From the NCBI GenBank assembly GCA_040222015.1, contig JAVJWO010000082.1, forward strand, positions 1 to 20,641: a DNA stretch of 20,641 nucleotides, in the 5' to 3' direction. Within the stretch, counting starts at the first letter, position 1, and each line of letters begins with the position of its first letter. Source of the DNA: Coleofasciculus chthonoplastes F2-STO-03 (GTDB taxonomy: Bacteria > Cyanobacteriota > Cyanobacteriia > Cyanobacteriales > Coleofasciculaceae). Position numbers and translations under genes: made by a program. The notes below the pieces were generated by a model. The model was given only the letters and a program-made list of their open reading frames with translations. It was not told the DNA's origin and did not search any database. Below are positions 16,923 to 20,641 of the stretch, piece by piece.

Positions 16923-17906
16923 ATGGCAGACATAAAAAAAGAATTCGGTGTAGTCGGCTTAGGCAAAATGGGCGGAAATCTGGCGATGCAAGCATTACAA
17001 AAAAGGATGCGAGTCGTTGGATATACCCGTAGCCATGCCTCTCAAAACTTACTGGATGCGGGTTTAGTTGAAATCGACTCCCCCGCCCGGTTTAAAGACC
17101 AGTTCGAGTCCCCTCGTGCTGTGTTTATGTATGTTCCAGCCGGACCCATTGTCAATTCCGTCATTGATCAACTTGCTTCTCATTTAGAAGACGGTGACAT
17201 TATCGTCGATGGGGGAAACTCTTACTGGGGAGATTCCATTCGTCGGCATAATAAACTGCGTCTAGAAAAAGGGATTCATTATGTCGATTTAGGCACCAGT
17301 GGTGGCATTGAAGGGGCACGTCATGGCGCTTGCTTTATGGCAGGAGGAGAACCAGAGGCGATTGCCCGCATTGAACCCATCCTAAACGATTTATCTGTTG
17401 AGGGGGGTTACGTTCATGCTGGAGCTACGGGTGCGGGTCACTTTGTTAAACTTGTCCACAATGGTATTGAGTTTGGTATGCTTCAGGCGATTGCTGAAGG
17501 CATGGCATTACTAGAACATTACCATCAAAATCGCTCATCCATTGATATTGCTAATACTCTCAACTGTTGGTGTCATGGCTCTGTGATTCGTTCCTGGTTG
17601 GTAGAACTGATGCACAAAGCCTATTCCAATCAGGGAGGATTGGCGAGTATTCCCCCCTATGTGGAAGATACAGGGGAAGTTAATTGGCTGGTAAACGACG
17701 CCCTACAGATGGAAGTGCCAACCCCTGTCATTAATCAGTCGGTTGTGCAGTTGTTTACTTCACGGGATGATCAGCAGAACTGGGCGCGGGCGATTGCCAT
17801 GATGCGTCATGGTTTTGGGGGACACCCGTATGGACATAGTGAAAAAATCGTTAAGGAACGTCACGAAGGACGAGTAGGCAGTTTCTTGTCCTCAGAAAAC
17901 CCTTGA
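16923..17906 (+). CDS. gnd: 6-phosphogluconate dehydrogenase (decarboxylating), short YqeC/GntZ-like type
   Basis: GLGKMGGN, VPAG, DGGNS, GTSGG, VKLVHNGIEFG, GSVIRSWL, DTGE, MRHGFGGH; 327 aa. Confidence 0.92.
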   Translation: MADIKKEFGVVGLGKMGGNLAMQALQKRMRVVGYTRSHASQNLLDAGLVEIDSPARFKDQFESPRAVFMYVPAGPIVNSVIDQLASHLEDGDIIVDGGNSYWGDSIRRHNKLRLEKGIHYVDLGTSGGIEGARHGACFMAGGEPEAIARIEPILNDLSVEGGYVHAGATGAGHFVKLVHNGIEFGMLQAIAEGMALLEHYHQNRSSIDIANTLNCWCHGSVIRSWLVELMHKAYSNQGGLASIPPYVEDTGEVNWLVNDALQMEVPTPVINQSVVQLFTSRDDQQNWARAIAMMRHGFGGHPYGHSEKIVKERHEGRVGSFLSSENP

Positions 17907-18562
17907 TGGGAGTGAAAAAGCTGGTGAGAGAACCAAGTTCTATTCACGAATATGAATCTGTACGCGATCGCATAAAAACGGGAGACGTGATTGCCTTTTC
18001 GGGCAGGCTATGCATTTCCCACTTAAATCAGTGGGTTACTCAATCTCCCTACTCCCATGTCGCCATGGTGCTTGAGGTAGAAATGGGGGGTGGCTTTGGC
18101 AAAAGTGTACTGATTATCGAATCAGCCGCCCCCCAAACCGAGCGAGATCCCATCGGCAGAAAAGCGATTAAAGGGGTTCAAATTAATTGGCTCTCTCGAC
18201 GATTAGATATGTATAAGGGCAAAGCCTGGTGGCTACCCTTACAGGAACCCATTGCCCCAGATCAGTTACTCAAAATGCAGATGTGGTTAAGACAAACCTA
18301 TAACGAACGCAGACCATTTGATACTCTACAGGCAGCCAAGGCAGGGGTGATACTTTTGAATCGGTTAGGGTTAGGAAATAAACTGGATCTTTCGGCTCTA
18401 TTTTGTTCTGAACTGGTTACCGCCGCGTTACAAATTGCGGACGTGGTTGATCCCTATATCAATCCCTCAAAGCAGACACCTGCTGATGTAGTTAATTTTC
18501 CTTGCTTTTCCCACCCCCCGATTTTGATTAAGCCTTTTCCTTCTCGGTGTAAACCTCAATAG
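17906..18562 (+). CDS. Permuted papain-like NlpC/P60 hydrolase (YiiX/YebB-like), translationally coupled to gnd
   Basis: KTGDVIAFSG, SPYSHVAMV (His) before FCSELV (Cys), TPAD; TGATG stop/start overlap at 17904-17908. Confidence 0.75.
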   Translation: MGVKKLVREPSSIHEYESVRDRIKTGDVIAFSGRLCISHLNQWVTQSPYSHVAMVLEVEMGGGFGKSVLIIESAAPQTERDPIGRKAIKGVQINWLSRRLDMYKGKAWWLPLQEPIAPDQLLKMQMWLRQTYNERRPFDTLQAAKAGVILLNRLGLGNKLDLSALFCSELVTAALQIADVVDPYINPSKQTPADVVNFPCFSHPPILIKPFPSRCKPQ

Positions 18563-18610
18563 GAAAATTAGATACGAGTTAATTTTGATGTTCACGGTTA
18601 TCGAAAAATT

Positions 18611-19420
18611 ATGAGCTATTCTCCCTATTTACTTCAAGGTCAAAAAGCCCTCGTTACAGGCGGAAGTTCTGGGATTGGCGCAGGTGTAGTGCGTCAGTTA
18701 GCCAAAGCGGGTGCAACTGTTGCGATCAACTATCATTCCCATGGCGAAGCGGCTGAAAAAATTGTCGAGGATATTAAATCTGCCCATGGGGAAGCGATAG
18801 CCATTCAAGCGGATGTCAGCCAAGAAGCAGATGTCAAGGCGATGTTCTCTAAAGTCTTGAACGAATTTGGCACAATTGATATCTTGGTCAACAATTCCGG
18901 TATCCAAAAAGATTCACCCTTCCTCGATATGAGTTTAGAGGATTGGAACTTAGTTCTCGGCGTGAATTTAACGGGTCAATTTTTATGCGCTCGTGAAGCC
19001 GCAAAAGAATTTTTACGACGTGGTGTACAACCTCAAATTTCTTGCGCGGCGGGAAAAATTATTTGTATGAGTTCAGTACATCAAATTATTCCTTGGGCAT
19101 GTCACGTCAACTATGCCACCAGTAAAGGCGGTATTAATATGATGATGAAAACCATCGCCCAAGAACTTGCCCCTCATAAAATTCGCGTGAATAGTATTGC
19201 TCCGGGTGCGATTAAAACACCGATTAACAAATCATCTTGGGACACCCCAGACGCTGAAGCCAAATTACTTGAACTAATTCCTGCCAATCGCGTTGGAGAC
19301 GTGGATGATATTGGGAAGGCGGCGGTTTGGCTGGCGTCTGATGACTCCGATTATGTCAATGGCACAACCTTGTATGTGGATGGTGGGATGAATTTATATC
19401 CTGGCTTTGCCACAGGTTAA
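18611..19420 (+). CDS. gdh: Glucose 1-dehydrogenase-like classical SDR
   Basis: TGGSSGIG, INYHS, NNSGIQ, SSVHQIIPW, YATSKGG, VNSIAPGAIKTPIN, VDGGM.LYP.F (Bacillus GDH-like signature). Confidence 0.85.
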   Translation: MSYSPYLLQGQKALVTGGSSGIGAGVVRQLAKAGATVAINYHSHGEAAEKIVEDIKSAHGEAIAIQADVSQEADVKAMFSKVLNEFGTIDILVNNSGIQKDSPFLDMSLEDWNLVLGVNLTGQFLCAREAAKEFLRRGVQPQISCAAGKIICMSSVHQIIPWACHVNYATSKGGINMMMKTIAQELAPHKIRVNSIAPGAIKTPINKSSWDTPDAEAKLLELIPANRVGDVDDIGKAAVWLASDDSDYVNGTTLYVDGGMNLYPGFATG

Positions 19421-19454
19421 TGAGTTGAATTTTTGAATGGTGCGTAACGATTCT

Positions 19455-20393
19455 TTAATTCGCGTTTGATTGATAGATTTGGCGATATTTATCAACGACA
19501 GAGGCAATGGCTTTGACTCGTCGCAATTGGTCTTTGTAGACACAATCCCATTCAGTTATGGGTAGGTTTTCTCTAGCGCAGATGCCTAAGAGTCCTGTGG
19601 CTTTGTTGGAACCAGTTTCTAAATCTAACTCATTATTGACATTAAGGTAAAAGGATGCTGTTCTTGCCCAGGCGAGGGCATCAATTCCCTTTAACCCGCC
19701 CTTTTTGGCGATGGCGAGGGCGTGGGGAAAGTGGCGAGAATGGATGGGCATTGCCTGATTGTATAAATCAGCTACATTGAGTAAAGCCTCTAAATCCCGT
19801 TCTGGGTCAATACCCGCCGCATTTAAATCGACTAGATGAGTAGGTAGTCGCGATCGCGATCGCTCTAAACACAGTTGTTCGGCTAAAGTAATATCTCCGC
19901 CACTGCGTCCTTGATCACTACAGGGTCCATAGTTGGTGACTACATCTCCCCAGGATAAGTTACCCGGATCAGTATGTCCAAAGTAAAATCGGGTCTGCTG
20001 GACGTAGAGATTGCCATTTTCAATAAACAGGCGATAATTTCCCTCCGCTATACCAATAGCCACCATCCCTAAAGAGGTTGGTGTCGCGAACAGGGGTTGA
20101 TAGGTGCTGAGGCTTTGCTTGAGATCGAATGGACGCGAGAGAACCGGAAGAGATTTCTGGGATACCTCCGAGGCGGGAGGGGATTTGGGTAAGGTTAGCA
20201 AGGCTAACGGTTGCGGGGATAAGGTTACAGCTTTAGTCTTACCCGGTGCGATCGCGGCTTCTGAGTTTAGCTGACGAGTATTGGGTTCCAACAAGAAGGT
20301 TTGCCCTAATAGACCAAAGAATAAGGCAGATCCAGCAGCGGTTCCTACTAATCCTAGCCCTGCGACGCGAGATAACCAGACCCAATCAAACAT
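19455..20393 (-). CDS. Hypothetical membrane-anchored/exported protein with an IG.AEG...GHTDPGN motif; start ATG 20393 or GTG 20432
   Basis: 325-codon ORF; N-terminal hydrophobic segment, Pro/Ser-rich linker, globular domain with 4 Cys. Confidence 0.75.
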   Translation of the reverse strand: MFDWVWLSRVAGLGLVGTAAGSALFFGLLGQTFLLEPNTRQLNSEAAIAPGKTKAVTLSPQPLALLTLPKSPPASEVSQKSLPVLSRPFDLKQSLSTYQPLFATPTSLGMVAIGIAEGNYRLFIENGNLYVQQTRFYFGHTDPGNLSWGDVVTNYGPCSDQGRSGGDITLAEQLCLERSRSRLPTHLVDLNAAGIDPERDLEALLNVADLYNQAMPIHSRHFPHALAIAKKGGLKGIDALAWARTASFYLNVNNELDLETGSNKATGLLGICARENLPITEWDCVYKDQLRRVKAIASVVDKYRQIYQSNAN

Positions 20394-20435
20394 GGATAAG
20401 CAAGTAAGGGATGAATAAGCATTCGACTCCACATT

Positions 20436-20639
20436 CTAGCGTTTCGTTCCGTCGTGATGGGGAGCTGGGGAAGCTGGGGGAGCTGGGGGAGCAGAGGGAG
20501 CTGGGGGAGCAGAGGGAGCAGGGGGAGCAGGGGGAGCAGGGGGAGCAGGGGAAGCAGGGGGAGCTGGTCGAGCTGGGGGAGCAGGGGGAGCAGGGGGAGC
20601 AGGGGTAGCAGTGGAAGCATGTGCAGCAAAGAAACCATC
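20436..20639 (-). CDS. 3' end of a gene entering from beyond the window, with a (PAP)n tail
   Basis: Open frame from the window edge: [19 protein letters not shown]...APHHDGTKR*, stop TAG at 20438-20436; absent from the ORF track because its start is outside the window. Confidence 0.5.
   Translation of the reverse strand, partial: DGFFAAHASTATPAPPAPPAPPARPAPPASPAPPAPPAPPAPSAPPAPSAPPAPPASPAPHHDGTKR
20459..20620 (+). repeat. 9-mer tandem repeat GGGGAGC(A/T)G, about 18 units
   Basis: Unbroken 9-nt period, degenerating at the right end. Confidence 0.95.
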
Positions 20640-20641
20640 GG

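Larger units (their letters stand above)
1065..20255. repeat. HIP1 octamer GCGATCGC, about 15 dispersed copies
   Basis: Seen at 1065, 1866, 3111, 3507, 6142, 8283, 8880, 13894, 15519, 16503, 16565, 17964, 19850, 19856 and 20248. Confidence 0.9.

Noticed and set aside
1044..18907. Many short (60-115 aa) ORFs nested in or antisense to the main genes
   Set aside because: No recognisable motifs; they overlap confidently assigned genes
4930..20620. Repeat arrays as possible CRISPR
   Set aside because: Units are 7 or 9 nt with no spacers; REP pairs are inverted and isolated; no cas genes
20354..20638. ORFs 20354..20638 (-) (LPL)n and 20411..20608 (+) (GEQ)n, the latter collagen-like
   Set aside because: Alternative frames of a stop-free 9-mer repeat; they overlap the neighbouring gene and have no other support

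Overview
AT-rich DNA from a cyanobacterium (about 15 HIP1 GCGATCGC sites, 7-mer and 9-mer STRR tandem repeats, GTAG-type REP palindromes); an Oscillatoriales/Coleofasciculus-like filamentous genome is my inference. Left to right: (1) a decayed TnpB-like gene (apparent in-frame internal deletion plus a frameshift); (2) a three-gene signalling cassette: REC-GAF-LOV-PAS-PAS-GAF histidine kinase, Rcp1-like response regulator, REC-PAS histidine kinase; (3) a D-lactate/2-hydroxyacid dehydrogenase convergent with a type-II NAD(P)H dehydrogenase; (4) a minus-strand ARTO/Cox3-type heme-copper oxidase operon (two DUF2231-like genes, CuA-less ctaC, ctaD, ctaE); (5) a divergent operon of GH15 glucoamylase, short-type gnd, a permuted papain-like hydrolase and glucose 1-dehydrogenase; (6) a membrane-anchored hypothetical and the Pro/Ala-repeat tail of a gene entering from the right edge. 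The main unannotated signal is a shared 7-2-7 palindrome (TCTATCT-N2-AGATAGA) upstream of all four metabolic transcription units, three times exactly 22 nt before a -10-like hexamer. This suggests a co-regulated module running glucan to glucose/gluconate to NAD(P)H to NDH-2 to quinol oxidase, with lactate overflow, beside a LOV blue-light kinase cascade.
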